Assembly: GCA_028122555.1 (NCBI GenBank)
Contig: JAOHSH010000003.1
Coordinates: 7,791 to 71,790, forward strand
Length of the DNA stretch: 64,000 nucleotides
Reading direction: 5' to 3'
From: Methylophilaceae bacterium
GTDB taxonomy: Bacteria; Pseudomonadota; Gammaproteobacteria; Burkholderiales; Methylophilaceae
Both the position numbers and the translations under genes were made by a program. The stretch's first letter is position 1. Each line of letters opens with the position of its first letter. The notes below the pieces were generated by a model. It did no database searches. It was not told where the DNA came from and saw only the letters and a list, made by a program, of their open reading frames with translations. Positions 22,496 through 34,163 of the stretch are shown here, piece by piece.

Positions 22496-23689
22496 GTGAA
22501 TATTAAAGAACAATTAGAGATAATTAAAAGAGGTGCTGATGAAATCTTAATTGAATCTGAATTAATTGAGAAACTCAAAAAAGATGTGCCTCTTAAAATT
22601 AAAGCAGGATTTGATCCAACAGCACCAGATCTTCATTTAGGACATGCAGTTTTACTTAATAAATTAAGACAATTTCAGGACCTAGGCCATGATGTTTATT
22701 TTTTGATTGGTGATTTTACTGGAATGATAGGTGATCCTACTGGTAAAAATGCAACAAGACCGCCATTATCTGAGGAAGACGTTAAAGAGAATGCTAAAAC
22801 GTATTCGAATCAAGTTTTTAAAATACTAGATAAATCTAAAACAAAAATAGTTTTTAATTCGAAATGGCTCAGTGGTTTGGGGGCTGCAGGGATTATCAAA
22901 CTTGCATCAAGTCATACCGTTGCCAGGATGCTTGAAAGAGAAGATTTTGCAAAAAGATATAAAGCTAATCAGCCAATTTCTATACATGAATTTTTGTATC
23001 CATTACTTCAGGGGTATGACTCTGTTGCGTTAGAATCTGATATAGAAATTGGAGGAACAGATCAAAAATTTAATTTATTAATGGGACGAGAATTACAAAA
23101 ACAAAAAGGTCAAACTCCTCAATGTATATTAACTATGCCACTTCTAGAGGGGTTAGATGGTATTCAAAAAATGTCAAAATCTTCAAAAAATTACATTGGT
23201 ATTAATGAGCCACCTGAATTAGTTTACGCAAAACTTTTATCTTTATCTGACAAACTTATGTGGCGATATATTGATTTATTATCTTTAAAGTCATTCGATA
23301 ATATAAGATCTTGGAAAAAAAGAGTTAAGGATGGAGAAAATCCAAAAAATATTAAAGTAGAATTTTCGAAAGAAATCGTTAGTCGTCTTTATGATGATGA
23401 AGCTGCGCAAAATGCAGAAGAAAATTTCAACCTAAGAGCTAAGGGCGATGTCCCAAAAGATATAGAAGAACATTCATTATCTAATATTGATTCAGACGTA
23501 ATAAATATTCCTCAATTACTTAAAAAGATAGATTTAGTATCAAGTACTTCAGAAGCTATAAGGTTAATTAAAGGTGGAGGTATTAAAATTGATGGGAATA
23601 AGTTAGTAGGGATGAAATTTATTCCACCTAAAAACGGAAATTTTATAATTCAGGTTGGTAAAAGAAAATTTGCAAAAATTAATACGTAG
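22496..23689 (+). CDS. tyrS: tyrosyl-tRNA synthetase
   Basis: [19 protein letters not shown]-terminal S4 domain. Confidence 0.97.
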   Translation: MNIKEQLEIIKRGADEILIESELIEKLKKDVPLKIKAGFDPTAPDLHLGHAVLLNKLRQFQDLGHDVYFLIGDFTGMIGDPTGKNATRPPLSEEDVKENAKTYSNQVFKILDKSKTKIVFNSKWLSGLGAAGIIKLASSHTVARMLEREDFAKRYKANQPISIHEFLYPLLQGYDSVALESDIEIGGTDQKFNLLMGRELQKQKGQTPQCILTMPLLEGLDGIQKMSKSSKNYIGINEPPELVYAKLLSLSDKLMWRYIDLLSLKSFDNIRSWKKRVKDGENPKNIKVEFSKEIVSRLYDDEAAQNAEENFNLRAKGDVPKDIEEHSLSNIDSDVINIPQLLKKIDLVSSTSEAIRLIKGGGIKIDGNKLVGMKFIPPKNGNFIIQVGKRKFAKINT

Positions 23690-23749
23690 TAGCCGTAACT
23701 TTATTCTTTCAATTTATTGAATTTATTGATATAATTCGCTTTTGTTAAT

Positions 23750-23773
23750 GGGCCTATGGCCCTTTTTTGTTTT
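23750..23773 (+). promoter_or_regulatory. rimP leader hairpin (attenuator-like)
   Basis: GGGC-CTATG-GCCC followed by a U-tract upstream of rimP, matching the known rimP leader pattern. Confidence 0.6.
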
Positions 23774-23804
23774 TAGGACCTTAATTTTTACAAGGAATCA
23801 GAAA

Positions 23805-24242
23805 TTGACTATTGATCTTGAGGCGTTAATTGAAAAAAATGTTTCTAAATTAGGTTATGAATTAGTTGATTTTGAGATAATTAATAGAGGAGAATTATTG
23901 AGAATATTTATTGATAAAACAAGCTCAATAAATATTGATGATTGTGTTTCCGTAAGTAACCAGCTTAAGCATATATTATCTGTAGAAGAAGATATAATTT
24001 TTGATCGACTAGAAGTTTCATCGCCTGGATTTGATAGAGTAATTAAAAAGTTGAAAGATTTTGAAAGATTTAAAGGCGAAAAGATTAGGATTAAAACCCG
24101 ATCATCTATTGAAGAAAGAAAAAATTTTACTGGGATACTGAGAGGTATAAAAAAAAACTTAATACTAATAGAGTTCAATGATGATTTACTAGAAATCAGT
24201 TTGGATAATATTGAGAAAGCCCGATTAGATCCAGAATTTTAG
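23805..24242 (+). CDS. rimP: ribosome maturation factor RimP
   Basis: LRIFID, DDC, LEVSSPG; probable TTG start after AAGGA RBS. Confidence 0.93.
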   Translation: MTIDLEALIEKNVSKLGYELVDFEIINRGELLRIFIDKTSSINIDDCVSVSNQLKHILSVEEDIIFDRLEVSSPGFDRVIKKLKDFERFKGEKIRIKTRSSIEERKNFTGILRGIKKNLILIEFNDDLLEISLDNIEKARLDPEF

Positions 24243-24269
24243 TTAAACGTATGAGTGGAGAATATTTAA

Positions 24270-25736
24270 ATGAGTCGTGAGATATTATTATTAGTAGATG
24301 CTCTTGCACATGAAAAAAATGTAGCCAGAGATGTAATTTTTACAGCTGTGGAATTAGCCTTAGCATCCGCAACAAAAAAAAAGCATGATGTTGGAGTTGA
24401 TATTAGAGTAGAGATTGATAAAGAAACTGGCGAATATAAAGCTTTTAGGTGTTGGACAATACTACCTGAAGAAGATATTGAAAATGCTGAAGCTGAAATT
24501 ACTATTGAAGATGAAAGATCTAAAGGAAAAGTTATTAATGATGTTATCAAAGAATCAATTCCATCTGAAGAGTTTGGCAGAATTGGGGCACAGGCCGCAA
24601 AGCAAGTTATTTTACAAAAAGTTAGGGAAGCAGAACGAGAACAAATACTTAAAGACTTCTTAGCTCAAGATGAAAAGTTAATATCTGGCCAAATAAGAAG
24701 AATGGAAAGAGGTAATGGAGTCATCGAAATTGGGAGACTTGATGCTATATTGCCGCGTGATCAGATGATACCAAAAGAGAATCTAAGAATAAGTGATCGT
24801 GTAAGAGCAATCCTAGTTAAAATTGATGAAACTGCTAGAGGGCCTCAACTAATTTTGTCTAGAACGGCCCCAGAATTTTTAATAAGATTATTTGAATTAG
24901 AAGTTCCAGAGATAGAGGAAGGTTTACTTGAAATTATGGCCGCATCAAGAGACCCGGGCTTAAGGTCAAAAATTGCTGTAAAAGCAAATGATCAAAGACT
25001 CGATCCAGTTGGAACATGTGTTGGAATGAGAGGTTCTAGAGTACAAGCTGTTACAAGTGAACTATCTGGAGAAAGAGTTGATATTGTTTTATGGTCTATA
25101 GAGCCAGCTCAATTTGTTATTAATGCAATGGCTCCTGCAGAAGTTTCAAGTATTGTTGTGGATGAAGATAAGCACAGTATGGATTTAGTTGTTGCAGAAG
25201 ATCAATTAGCACAAGCAATTGGAAGAAATGGGCAAAATATTAGATTAGCTTCTGAATTAACAGGCTGGGAGCTTAATATATTAACTGAAGAGCAATCTGA
25301 TCAGAAAATAAAAGAAGAATATACATCCTCGAGTCAATTATTTATTGAAAAACTTGATGTTGATGAAGATGTTGCAGATATTCTTGTTAAAGAAGGTTTT
25401 ACTTCCCTTGAAGAAATAGCGTATGTTCCTATCGAAGAAATGGTTCAAATTGAAGCTTTTGATGAAGAAACAGTTAATGAATTAAGATCTAGAGCAAGTG
25501 CAGTCATTCTTACTGAAGCAATTGCAAAAGAGGAAGAAATATCTAAACCTGCAGCTGATTTATTAGCTATGGATGGAATGGATACAGATACAGCAAAACT
25601 TTTAGCTTCAAAAAAAATTATCACTATGGAAGACTTAGCAGAATTAGCTGTAGATGAGTTAATTGAATTAGTAAAAATGGATGAGGAAAAAGCCAAAGTA
25701 CTAATAATGACAGCAAGAGCACCTTGGTTTGTTTAA
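24270..25736 (+). CDS. nusA: transcription termination/antitermination factor NusA
   Basis: FGRIGAQAAKQVI, S1/KH domains, AR domains. Confidence 0.98.
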   Translation: MSREILLLVDALAHEKNVARDVIFTAVELALASATKKKHDVGVDIRVEIDKETGEYKAFRCWTILPEEDIENAEAEITIEDERSKGKVINDVIKESIPSEEFGRIGAQAAKQVILQKVREAEREQILKDFLAQDEKLISGQIRRMERGNGVIEIGRLDAILPRDQMIPKENLRISDRVRAILVKIDETARGPQLILSRTAPEFLIRLFELEVPEIEEGLLEIMAASRDPGLRSKIAVKANDQRLDPVGTCVGMRGSRVQAVTSELSGERVDIVLWSIEPAQFVINAMAPAEVSSIVVDEDKHSMDLVVAEDQLAQAIGRNGQNIRLASELTGWELNILTEEQSDQKIKEEYTSSSQLFIEKLDVDEDVADILVKEGFTSLEEIAYVPIEEMVQIEAFDEETVNELRSRASAVILTEAIAKEEEISKPAADLLAMDGMDTDTAKLLASKKIITMEDLAELAVDELIELVKMDEEKAKVLIMTARAPWFV

Positions 25737-25754
25737 TAAATTTATGGAGTTTTA

Positions 25755-28220
25755 ATGGGAAAATCTAATGTTGAAGAGTTTGCTACTGAATTAGGACTGC
25801 CGGTAGATTTATTACTTAAGCAGCTAAAAAGTTCAGGGGTAGACAAATCAAGTGCCTCAGACGAGCTTAAGGAAGAAGATAAATCTGCATTATTGGCTTA
25901 TCTCAGATCTGAGCACGGAGCCTCTCTTCGTCCAAAATCTAAAATTACATTAACAAGAAAACAAAACACACAAATTAGAAAAACTGATAGTGAAGGAAAA
26001 TCAAGAACTATTCAAGTAGAGGTCAGAAAAAAAAGAACGATTGTTAAACCTGATCAAAGTAAAGATAAAAGCTCTGAAATTATTGATGAAAAAAAATCTG
26101 AAAAACCTAAAGAAATAGTTGATGAAAACGAAAAAAATATAAGAGACGAAGAAGCAAAAAGACATGCTGCATTAGCAGAGGCTCAAGCAGATGATCTTCA
26201 AAAGAAAGAACCTGAAAAAGCAAAAAAAAATGAACCGCCTCAAGAAGGAACTTTGCATCGACCAGCTTCAAAAGCCGGGGTAAAAGTAGAAAAACAGAAA
26301 GAAAAGAAAGATAAAAAAAATGACTGGGTTGATAGAACTCTAAAGAAAAGACCAATAAAAAATCGTTCATCTAATGCCAATGCTGGATGGAGAGCTCCGA
26401 GAAATAAAAATAAAAATATTGATTCAAATCCTGATTTGGATCAAACCTTTGTTGCACCCAGCGACCCAATTGTAAAAGATATTTTAATTCCAGAAACAAT
26501 TTCAGTGGCAGATCTGGGACATAAAATGGCTATTAAGGCATCTGAACTTATCAAATCCTTAATGGGAATGGGAATGATGGTAACTATAAATCAAGTTCTC
26601 GATCAAGATACAGCAATGATTTTAGTAGAAGAAATGGGACATAATCCCCAAGCTGCAAAAGAAAACGACCCTGAATCCCTTCTAGATCGAGATGATAGTA
26701 TCTTGCCACAAATAGAATCAAGACCGCCTGTAATTACGGTAATGGGGCATGTGGACCATGGAAAAACATCTTTATTGGACTTTATTAGAACTTCACGAGT
26801 TGCTTCCGGTGAAGCAGGAGGTATCACTCAGCATATAGGTGCTTATCATGTGGAAACTGAAAAAGGGGTTGCAACTTTTTTAGACACACCTGGCCACGAA
26901 GCTTTTTCAGCGATGAGAGCTCGAGGCACTAAAGCAACAGATATAGTTGTTTTAGTTGTTGCTGCAGATGATGGAGTTATGCCACAAACTATCGAAGGAA
27001 TAAATCATTCAAAAGCTGCAGGGGTTCCTTTGATTGTTGCTATCAATAAGATTGATAAGCCTGATGCTAATTCTGAAAAAGTTAAGAATGAATTATTAAC
27101 TCATGAAGTTATTCCTGAAGATCTAGGTGGAGACTCTATGTTTGTAGAAATTTCAGCAAAAACTGGACAAGGAATTGATAATTTATTAGACGCAATTCTT
27201 TTACAAGCTGAAATATTAGAATTAAAAGCGCCAATTAATACTCCTGCCAAAGGAATAATTATTGAAGGTAGATTGGATAAGGGAAGAGGCCCGGCAGCAA
27301 CTTTATTAGTTCAATCAGGATTTATAAGACCAGGCGATAGTTTATTGGCAGGTAATTCATCAGGTAGAATTAGAGCAATGCTTAATGAGGCTGGTAAAAG
27401 TGTTAAGGAGGCTGGACCATCGATTCCTGTAGAAGTGATTGGGCTTTCAGAAGTTCCAAAAGCTGGAGATGAGTTCATTGTTTTAAATGATGAGAAAAAA
27501 GCACGTGAAATTGCATTATTTAGACAAGGAAAATTCAGGGATGTAAAGCTGGCAAAACAAGCTTCGAAATTAGAAAATGTTTTTGATCAAATGACAGAAG
27601 CCGAAGTAAGATTTTTACCCTTAATAATTAAGGCTGATGTTCAGGGTTCAGCAGAAGCTTTAGCTGGATCTTTAGAGAAGTTGTCAACAGAAGAGGTAAA
27701 GGTTAATGTAATTCATTCTGCAATTGGAGCTGTTAACGAGTCCGATATAAATTTAGCATCTGCATCTAATGCAGTAATTATTGCTTTTAATGTTAAAGCT
27801 GATAGTGGGGCAAGAAAATTAGCTGATAATCTTGAAGTTGATATGAGGAATTATAGTATTATTTATGAAGCAGTAGATGAAGTTAAAGCTGCATTAGGTG
27901 GTCTTTTAGCCCCTGAACAAAAAGAAAATATTCTTGGACTTGTAGAAATTAGAGAAATATATAAAGCATCTAAAGTAGGAAGTATTGCAGGCTGTATTGT
28001 TTTAGAAGGCTTAATAAGAAGAAATTCAAATGTTCGACTTTTAAGAGAAAACGAAGTTATTTTTGAAGGAGAGCTAGATTCTTTGAAGAGATTTAAAGAT
28101 GATATTAAAGAAGTTAAAGCCAATATAGAATGTGGATTGGCTTTAAAAAACTTCAATGCTATTGAGGTTGGCGATAAAGTTCAAGTATATGAATTAGTTC
28201 AGGTACCTAGGAAGCTATAA
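25755..28220 (+). CDS. infB: translation initiation factor IF-2
   Basis: [25 protein letters not shown]. Confidence 0.98.
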   Translation: MGKSNVEEFATELGLPVDLLLKQLKSSGVDKSSASDELKEEDKSALLAYLRSEHGASLRPKSKITLTRKQNTQIRKTDSEGKSRTIQVEVRKKRTIVKPDQSKDKSSEIIDEKKSEKPKEIVDENEKNIRDEEAKRHAALAEAQADDLQKKEPEKAKKNEPPQEGTLHRPASKAGVKVEKQKEKKDKKNDWVDRTLKKRPIKNRSSNANAGWRAPRNKNKNIDSNPDLDQTFVAPSDPIVKDILIPETISVADLGHKMAIKASELIKSLMGMGMMVTINQVLDQDTAMILVEEMGHNPQAAKENDPESLLDRDDSILPQIESRPPVITVMGHVDHGKTSLLDFIRTSRVASGEAGGITQHIGAYHVETEKGVATFLDTPGHEAFSAMRARGTKATDIVVLVVAADDGVMPQTIEGINHSKAAGVPLIVAINKIDKPDANSEKVKNELLTHEVIPEDLGGDSMFVEISAKTGQGIDNLLDAILLQAEILELKAPINTPAKGIIIEGRLDKGRGPAATLLVQSGFIRPGDSLLAGNSSGRIRAMLNEAGKSVKEAGPSIPVEVIGLSEVPKAGDEFIVLNDEKKAREIALFRQGKFRDVKLAKQASKLENVFDQMTEAEVRFLPLIIKADVQGSAEALAGSLEKLSTEEVKVNVIHSAIGAVNESDINLASASNAVIIAFNVKADSGARKLADNLEVDMRNYSIIYEAVDEVKAALGGLLAPEQKENILGLVEIREIYKASKVGSIAGCIVLEGLIRRNSNVRLLRENEVIFEGELDSLKRFKDDIKEVKANIECGLALKNFNAIEVGDKVQVYELVQVPRKL

Positions 28221-28224
28221 ATCG

Positions 28225-28569
28225 GTGAAAGATTACCCGAGAAGTGATCGAATTAGTCAGCAGATCAAAAAAGAGTTAGCAAATCTGTTGCAAACAGAAA
28301 TTAAAGATCCTGCTTTAAAAATGTTAACAATTTTAGATGTTCAGGTATCACCATGTTTAAAACATGCCAAAGTATATATAATTTCTGCTAAATATGATGA
28401 AGAAATTTTTAAAGGTATTGACCGGTCTATGCCATTTTTTAGGTCTCAACTATCTAAAAGAATGACTACAAGAGGTATACCTAAATTGCATTTTATTTAT
28501 GATAAGACAGTGGATGAAAGTATGAAAATTTCAAAATTATTAGATTCTGTTTTGCCTTCCCAAAAATAA
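28225..28569 (+). CDS. rbfA: ribosome-binding factor A
   Basis: R.DRI..QI, IKDP, P.L.F.YD; operon position. Confidence 0.93.
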   Translation: MKDYPRSDRISQQIKKELANLLQTEIKDPALKMLTILDVQVSPCLKHAKVYIISAKYDEEIFKGIDRSMPFFRSQLSKRMTTRGIPKLHFIYDKTVDESMKISKLLDSVLPSQK

Positions 28570-28572
28570 AAT

Positions 28573-29478
28573 ATGCAATTTAAACGACTTAAATTCAATG
28601 TCGATGGGCTTTTGATAGCTAATAAACCTTTAGGGATGTCTTCTAATCAATTAGTATCAAAAATAAAATTTTTATTTTCTGCTAAAAAAGTTGGACATAC
28701 AGGAACTCTTGACCCAATGGCAACTGGCTTACTCCCACTTTGTTTAGGAGAGGCTACTAAATTTTCAAGTTATTTATTAAATGCTGATAAAACTTATGAG
28801 GCTTCAATAAGATTAGGGTATAAAAGTTCAACAGGTGATAAAGAAGGCGAGATTACTAAGCAAAATATAAATAAAATACCTTCTTTGGCTGAAATAAGAA
28901 AACTACTTAATAAATTTATTGGAACAATCGAACAACTTCCTCCAATGTATTCTGCACTCAAACATCAAGGTAAACCTCTTTACTCATATGCTCGCGAAGG
29001 AATTGATATTCCTAGGGCTAAACGTAAAATTATGATTCATAAAATTGAATTACTAAGTTATCAAGGGAATAATCTTATAATATCAATAATGTGCTCGAAA
29101 GGAACATATATAAGAACACTAGCTGAAGATATTGGAGATCAACTAAACATAGGAGGCTATTTAATTGATCTGAAAAGAACTAAAATTGGAAATTTTAGTA
29201 TTGAGAACAGTATAAGTATTGAAGCTATTGAGCAAACAAAAAATGATGAAAGAATTAAGTTTTTATTGCCAACCGAAGAATTATTGAGTGAATATAAGAA
29301 CATAGTATTAAATTCTAAAGAAGAAATTGCAATAAAAGATGGAAGGATAATAGAGATAAAGGAAAAAATTCCAGGAATGTACCGATTATACAGTAGTAAT
29401 AATGATTTTATTGGCTTAGGTGAAATTGATAAAACAGAAAGTTTAAAAGTTAAACGCTTAAAGTCTTTAAAAAATTGA
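28573..29478 (+). CDS. truB: tRNA pseudouridine(55) synthase
   Basis: GHTGTLDPMATG, PPMYSALK, CSKGTYIR. Confidence 0.97.
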   Translation: MQFKRLKFNVDGLLIANKPLGMSSNQLVSKIKFLFSAKKVGHTGTLDPMATGLLPLCLGEATKFSSYLLNADKTYEASIRLGYKSSTGDKEGEITKQNINKIPSLAEIRKLLNKFIGTIEQLPPMYSALKHQGKPLYSYAREGIDIPRAKRKIMIHKIELLSYQGNNLIISIMCSKGTYIRTLAEDIGDQLNIGGYLIDLKRTKIGNFSIENSISIEAIEQTKNDERIKFLLPTEELLSEYKNIVLNSKEEIAIKDGRIIEIKEKIPGMYRLYSSNNDFIGLGEIDKTESLKVKRLKSLKN

Positions 29479-29545
29479 ATTAAAAACATATTGTTAAATT
29501 ATGAAAATGCCGCTAAAATGTGCGCTCTGCAATGGGAGAATATGA

Positions 29546-29815
29546 ATGACTAGTACTGCTATAGATAAAGAAAAAATTGTAAAGAAATATCAAATAGGAA
29601 AAGGTGATACAGGTTCGCCAGAAGTACAAGTTGCACTAATGACAGATCGTATAACTTATTTGACAGAGCATTTTAAAACTAATGCGAAAGATCATCATTC
29701 ACGAAGAGGACTGTTGGCACTTGTTAGCCAGAGACGAAAACTTCTTGATTATTTGAAACGTGAAAGTTTAGAGCGATACCAAGGATTAATCAAGAGCCTT
29801 GGTCTTAGAAAATAG
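29546..29815 (+). CDS. rpsO: 30S ribosomal protein S15
   Basis: [23 protein letters not shown]. Confidence 0.98.
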   Translation: MTSTAIDKEKIVKKYQIGKGDTGSPEVQVALMTDRITYLTEHFKTNAKDHHSRRGLLALVSQRRKLLDYLKRESLERYQGLIKSLGLRK

Positions 29816-29833
29816 AAAAGTAAATAAAATTTT

Positions 29834-29875
29834 GAGCCGATCACATTCAATTTTATTGATTGTATCGGCTCTTTT
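29834..29875 (+). terminator. rpsO terminator hairpin
   Basis: GAGCCGAT...ATCGGCTC-TTTT stem with extended internal pairing. Confidence 0.7.
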
Positions 29876-29889
29876 GCTATTAAAAATGT

Positions 29890-29917
29890 ATTCATTATTG
29901 AGAAGTGAATAATGAAT
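29890..29917 (+). promoter_or_regulatory. pnp leader hairpin (possible RNase III/autoregulatory element)
   Basis: Perfect 10-bp IR ATTCATTATT-N8-AATAATGAAT just upstream of the pnp RBS. Confidence 0.45.
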
Positions 29918-29943
29918 TTAATTATTAGAGAGGATTAAGTTAA

Positions 29944-32070
29944 ATGTTCAATATAATAAAGAAAAGTATTAAATATGGATCTCATGATCTTAAAATTGAA
30001 ACTGGAGAAATTGGTCGACAAGCTGATGGTGCAGTAATAGTTAGTTATGGAGATACTGTAGTTTTTGTTACTGTAGTTGGACGAAAAGAAGCAAAAGAAG
30101 GACAAGATTTTTTTCCATTAACAGTTGATTACCAAGAAAAAAATTATGCCGCTGGAAAAATTCCCGGAGGTTTTTTTAAGAGGGAAGGAAGACCTAGTGA
30201 AAAAGAAACTCTAACTTGTAGGCTTATAGATAGACCACTAAGGCCATTATTTCCGGATAATTTTTATAATGAGATTCAAATTGTAGCTACGGTAATGTCT
30301 TCTGATAGTGAAATTGACTCAGATATTCCTGCCATAATAGGTGCATCTGCTGCATTAGCTATATCAGGTATTCCATTTCACGGACCAATAGGGGCCGCAC
30401 GTGTTGGATATCTTGATGAAAAGTATGTGATAAATCCTTCAAAAACTGAAATGGAATCAAGTGAGCTTGACCTGGTTGTGGCTGGCAGTGATTCTGCTGT
30501 ATTAATGGTTGAATCTGAAGCGAAAGAATTACCTGAGAAGGTTATGCTTGATGCAGTGCTAGAGGGACATAAAGCAATGCAACCAGTTATTAAGATGATT
30601 AATGAGTTAGCAAAAGAGGCTTCCAAAGATCCATGGGACTGGAATGCTCCAAAAACAGATACAAAATTAATTAATAAAATTGATAAAATTGCTCTTAAAG
30701 ATTTAGAAAAAGCTTTCTCAATTAAGTCAAAAGGCGATCGTTCTTTAGAAATATCGACAATAAGAGAAAAAGTTTTAAAAGAACTTGTAACAGAAGAGAC
30801 TAATACGACTCAATTAAACGAAATTAAAGATGAGTTTCACAATCTAGAAGCAAGAATTGTTAGAACCAAAATTTTAGATGGCGATCCACGAATCGATGGA
30901 AGAGATACGAGAACAGTTAGGCCTATCGAGATTAGAACTGGTATTTTACCAAGAGCGCATGGCTCAGCTTTATTTACCAGAGGAGAAACACAGGCAATTG
31001 TTGTTGCAACATTAGGTGGAGGTCGAGATGAACAAATTATTGATGCCCTTCAAGGCGAATATAAAGATAATTTCATGTTGCATTATAATTTCCCTCCTTA
31101 TGCTACCGGAGAAACAGGTAGGGTAGGTACGCCAAAAAGAAGAGAAATTGGACATGGAAAATTAGCTAAAAGAGCTTTAAGTGCTGCTTTACCAAGTAAA
31201 GAAGATTTTGATTATACAATTAGATTGGTTTCGGAAATTACTGAGTCAAATGGGTCAAGCTCTATGGCTTCAGTCTGTGGAGGTACTATGGCTATGATGG
31301 ATGCTGGGGTACCAATAAAAGATCATGTTGCTGGTATAGCAATGGGCTTAATTAAAGAGGGTAATAGGGTGGCTGTGCTTACTGATATTTTAGGTGATGA
31401 AGATCACTTAGGAGACATGGATTTTAAAGTTGCAGGCACTGACAACGGAATAACAGCATTACAAATGGATATTAAGATTACAGGTATAACAACTGAAATT
31501 ATGCAAGTAGCATTAAGTCAAGCACGAGAAGGAATAGATCACATACTAAAAATAATGAAGAAAGAGCTCAAAGGAAGTCGAGAAAGTCTTTCAAAATTTG
31601 CTCCTCAAATCCTTACAATAAAAATCCATACGGATAAAATAAGGGATGTTATAGGTAAGGGAGGTGCAGTCATTAAAGGATTAGCTGCTGATACTGGAGC
31701 CACTATTGATATTGACGATGATGGACTTGTTAAAATAACATGTACAACTGCTGAGTCTGGCGAAGCAGCATTAAGTAGGATTAAAGAAATTACTGCTGAT
31801 GTTGAAGTAGACCAAATTTATGAAGGAAAAGTAATTAAGATTCTTGATTTTGGAGCTATAGTTTCATTATTGCCAGGCAAAGATGGTTTACTTCATATTT
31901 CTCAGATTGCTCATGAAAGAATAAATGCAGTAAAAGATCATTTATCAGAAGGTGATGAAGTAAAGGTAAAAGTAATAGAGGTTGATGATAAAGGAAGAGT
32001 TAGAGTTAGTGCTAAGGCTCTAATTGAAGCTCCAGCTCCTCAAGAGCCAAAAAAAGATGGAGCTAAATAG
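29944..32070 (+). CDS. pnp: polyribonucleotide nucleotidyltransferase
   Basis: [26 protein letters not shown] and S1 domains. Confidence 0.98.
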   Translation: MFNIIKKSIKYGSHDLKIETGEIGRQADGAVIVSYGDTVVFVTVVGRKEAKEGQDFFPLTVDYQEKNYAAGKIPGGFFKREGRPSEKETLTCRLIDRPLRPLFPDNFYNEIQIVATVMSSDSEIDSDIPAIIGASAALAISGIPFHGPIGAARVGYLDEKYVINPSKTEMESSELDLVVAGSDSAVLMVESEAKELPEKVMLDAVLEGHKAMQPVIKMINELAKEASKDPWDWNAPKTDTKLINKIDKIALKDLEKAFSIKSKGDRSLEISTIREKVLKELVTEETNTTQLNEIKDEFHNLEARIVRTKILDGDPRIDGRDTRTVRPIEIRTGILPRAHGSALFTRGETQAIVVATLGGGRDEQIIDALQGEYKDNFMLHYNFPPYATGETGRVGTPKRREIGHGKLAKRALSAALPSKEDFDYTIRLVSEITESNGSSSMASVCGGTMAMMDAGVPIKDHVAGIAMGLIKEGNRVAVLTDILGDEDHLGDMDFKVAGTDNGITALQMDIKITGITTEIMQVALSQAREGIDHILKIMKKELKGSRESLSKFAPQILTIKIHTDKIRDVIGKGGAVIKGLAADTGATIDIDDDGLVKITCTTAESGEAALSRIKEITADVEVDQIYEGKVIKILDFGAIVSLLPGKDGLLHISQIAHERINAVKDHLSEGDEVKVKVIEVDDKGRVRVSAKALIEAPAPQEPKKDGAK

Positions 32071-32088
32071 AGTTTAAATTAAAGATTT

Positions 32089-32116
32089 AAAAAGCTCAGC
32101 TTAGCTGAGCTTTTTT
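32089..32116. terminator. bidirectional intrinsic terminator between pnp and dksA
   Basis: AAAAAGCTCAGC-TTA-GCTGAGCTTTTT. Confidence 0.9.
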
Positions 32117-32762
32117 ATTTTGCAACTTGTTTTTCTCTAATTTCATCAAGTGTTTTACAGTCAATACATAATGTGGCTGTTGGTCTAGCGAGTAATCTAT
32201 TAAGCCCAATTTCTTCCCCACATAAATTACAATAACCATAGTCACCATTTTTTATATTCAATAAAGTGGTATCTATTTTTTTTATGAGCTTTCTTTCTCG
32301 ATCTCGATTACGAAGCTCAAGAGCCATATCAGACTCTTGACTAGCTCTGTCATTAGGGTCTGCATAAGCTGTTAGCTCGTCTTGCATATGACTTACTGTT
32401 CTATTAATATCATTACCAAGTTCAAGTTTCCAATCATTTAGTATTTTTATAAAGTGTTTGATCTGTGATTTATTCATATAACTTTCGTTTAACTTAGGCT
32501 TATATGAATTAAACTTTTTTAATCCTCCAGATTTTTTTGCAGTAACTTTTTTAGCAGTAACTTTTTTAGCAGTAACTTTTTTTGCAGTAACTTTTTTTGC
32601 AGTAACTTTTTTTGCAGTAACTTTTTTAGCAGTAACTTTTTTTGCAGTAACTTTTTTAGCAGTAACTTTTTTAGCAGTAACTTTTTTAGCAGTAACTGGT
32701 TTTGCTACAACTTTTTTTGCTGCTTCTATTGCTTTTTGCATTAGTGATTTTTTTTGAACCAT
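32115..32762 (-). CDS. dksA: RNA polymerase-binding protein DksA with Lys/Ala-rich N-terminal repeat
   Basis: [15 protein letters not shown] (DxxDxA), C4 zinc finger CNLC...CIDC. Confidence 0.95.
   Translation of the reverse strand: MVQKKSLMQKAIEAAKKVVAKPVTAKKVTAKKVTAKKVTAKKVTAKKVTAKKVTAKKVTAKKVTAKKVTAKKVTAKKSGGLKKFNSYKPKLNESYMNKSQIKHFIKILNDWKLELGNDINRTVSHMQDELTAYADPNDRASQESDMALELRNRDRERKLIKKIDTTLLNIKNGDYGYCNLCGEEIGLNRLLARPTATLCIDCKTLDEIREKQVAK
32532..32696 (-). repeat. 11 x 15-bp tandem repeat encoding VTAKK
   Basis: GCAGTAAC recurs every 15 bp, 11 times; units differ only at the Ala wobble (GCT/GCA). Confidence 0.97.
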
Positions 32763-32834
32763 TAACAAAATTCCTATTTTTAAATATTTAATATCCGCGG
32801 TACTTTACACTCTTTGTGATTCAATTAAAACCTT

Positions 32835-33680
32835 TTAGAATAATTTTTGTGCAATTAGGGTATTTTCCATTAGTGTTGCAACAGTCATTGGGCCAACACC
32901 ACCGGGGACAGGTGTTATGTAAGAAGCATTTTGGCTTGCTATATCAAACTCAACATCACCAACTAATTTGTCATTAACTCTATTTATTCCAATATCGATG
33001 ACAATTGCACCTTTTTTTATCCATTCTCCTCTTACAAGGTTTTGCCTTCCAGCAGCAACCACTACTAAATCTGCCTGCCGAACTTTTTTTTCTAAATCCT
33101 TTGTTTTACTATGGCAGGATGTAATAGTACATTTTTCCATTAATAACTCTAATGCCATTGGTCGGCCAACATTGTTTGAAACTCCCACAATTGTTGCATC
33201 TAAACCTTCCAAATTAATATTTGATGCTTTAAGCATCTTGATAACACCATATGGGGTACAAGATCTTAACTTTGGTTGTCTTATGGCAAGCAAACCTATA
33301 TTAAATGGATGAAAACCATCAACATCTTTTTTTGGATCTATAGCATTAATTATAATATCTTCATTAATATGATCAGGAAGAGGTGACTGTATTAATATCC
33401 CATCAATTTCAGTATTTATATTAATATCTTTAACTAATTTTAATAATTCATCTTCACTTATTGACTCTTTAAAATCATAAGATAAGGATTTTATACCTAC
33501 TTTTTCACATGCTAGTTTTTTGTTCTTAACATATACGTGGGACGCAGGATTGTCACCAATAAGAATCACGGCTAAACAAGGATTTCTTATGCCATTAGAT
33601 TCTCTGTTTAAAATTTCATTACGAATTTTATCTAAAAGATCATTTGCAATACTTTTACCATCAATTATTTTTGCTGTCAT
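32835..33680 (-). CDS. folD: methylenetetrahydrofolate dehydrogenase/cyclohydrolase
   Basis: IIDGK, KDVDGFHP, CTP, TPVPGGVGPMT. Confidence 0.97.
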   Translation of the reverse strand: MTAKIIDGKSIANDLLDKIRNEILNRESNGIRNPCLAVILIGDNPASHVYVKNKKLACEKVGIKSLSYDFKESISEDELLKLVKDININTEIDGILIQSPLPDHINEDIIINAIDPKKDVDGFHPFNIGLLAIRQPKLRSCTPYGVIKMLKASNINLEGLDATIVGVSNNVGRPMALELLMEKCTITSCHSKTKDLEKKVRQADLVVVAAGRQNLVRGEWIKKGAIVIDIGINRVNDKLVGDVEFDIASQNASYITPVPGGVGPMTVATLMENTLIAQKLF

Positions 33681-33781
33681 TATGTTTTAATATGAAATAA
33701 ATAAACGAACATTTTAGCAGAATGCTTATAAAAAACATTAATAAAATTGCCAAGGTATAATATTAAGATTGTAAAACATGT

Positions 33782-33816
33782 TTGACCAAAAGCAGTAATT
33801 AAGCTATATTTGCGCG
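33782..33816 (+). promoter_or_regulatory. stable-RNA promoter for tRNA operon
   Basis: TTGACC-17bp-TATATT followed by GC-rich discriminator GCGCG. Confidence 0.65.
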
Positions 33817-33818
33817 TT

Positions 33819-33895
33819 CGGGGTGTAGCGTAGCCTGGTAGCGCGCCTGCTTTGGGAGCAGGATGTCGGGAGTTCGAATCTCTCCACCCCGACCA
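33819..33895 (+). tRNA. tRNA-Pro(TGG)
   Basis: CGGGGTG acceptor, anticodon arm CCTGC-TT-TGG-GA-GCAGG, TTCGAAT, CCA end. Confidence 0.97.
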
Positions 33896-33944
33896 ATATT
33901 ACTAAATAAAGGTAGGCCCGATATACGCTTTATTTAAAAGTTAG

Positions 33945-34021
33945 CTGCCCGTAGCTCAACTGGATAGAGCACCAGTTTTCTAAACTGGGGGTTACAGGTT
34001 CGATTCCTGTCGGGCAGGCCA
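33945..34021 (+). tRNA. tRNA-Arg(TCT)
   Basis: CTGCCCG/CGGGCAG acceptor, CCAGT-TT-TCT-AA-ACTGG, CCA end. Confidence 0.97.
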
Positions 34022-34030
34022 ATATTTATG

Positions 34031-34106
34031 GTGGCTGTAGCTCAGTTGGTAGAGTCCTGGATTGTGATTCCAGTTGTCGTGGGTTCGAGCCCCATCAGCC
34101 ACCCCA
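34031..34106 (+). tRNA. tRNA-His(GTG)
   Basis: GTGGCTG acceptor with encoded G-1 at 34030, CTGGA-TT-GTG-AT-TCCAG, CCA end. Confidence 0.97.
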
Positions 34107-34163
34107 TTTTTCTTAATTCCTTTTTAGGATATGATAATTTGGTTATACATATAATGATTAAAT

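Noticed and set aside
32532-32696. Tandem repeat as possible CRISPR array
   Set aside because: No unique spacers, the unit is 15 bp, it is in frame within dksA, and no cas genes are nearby.
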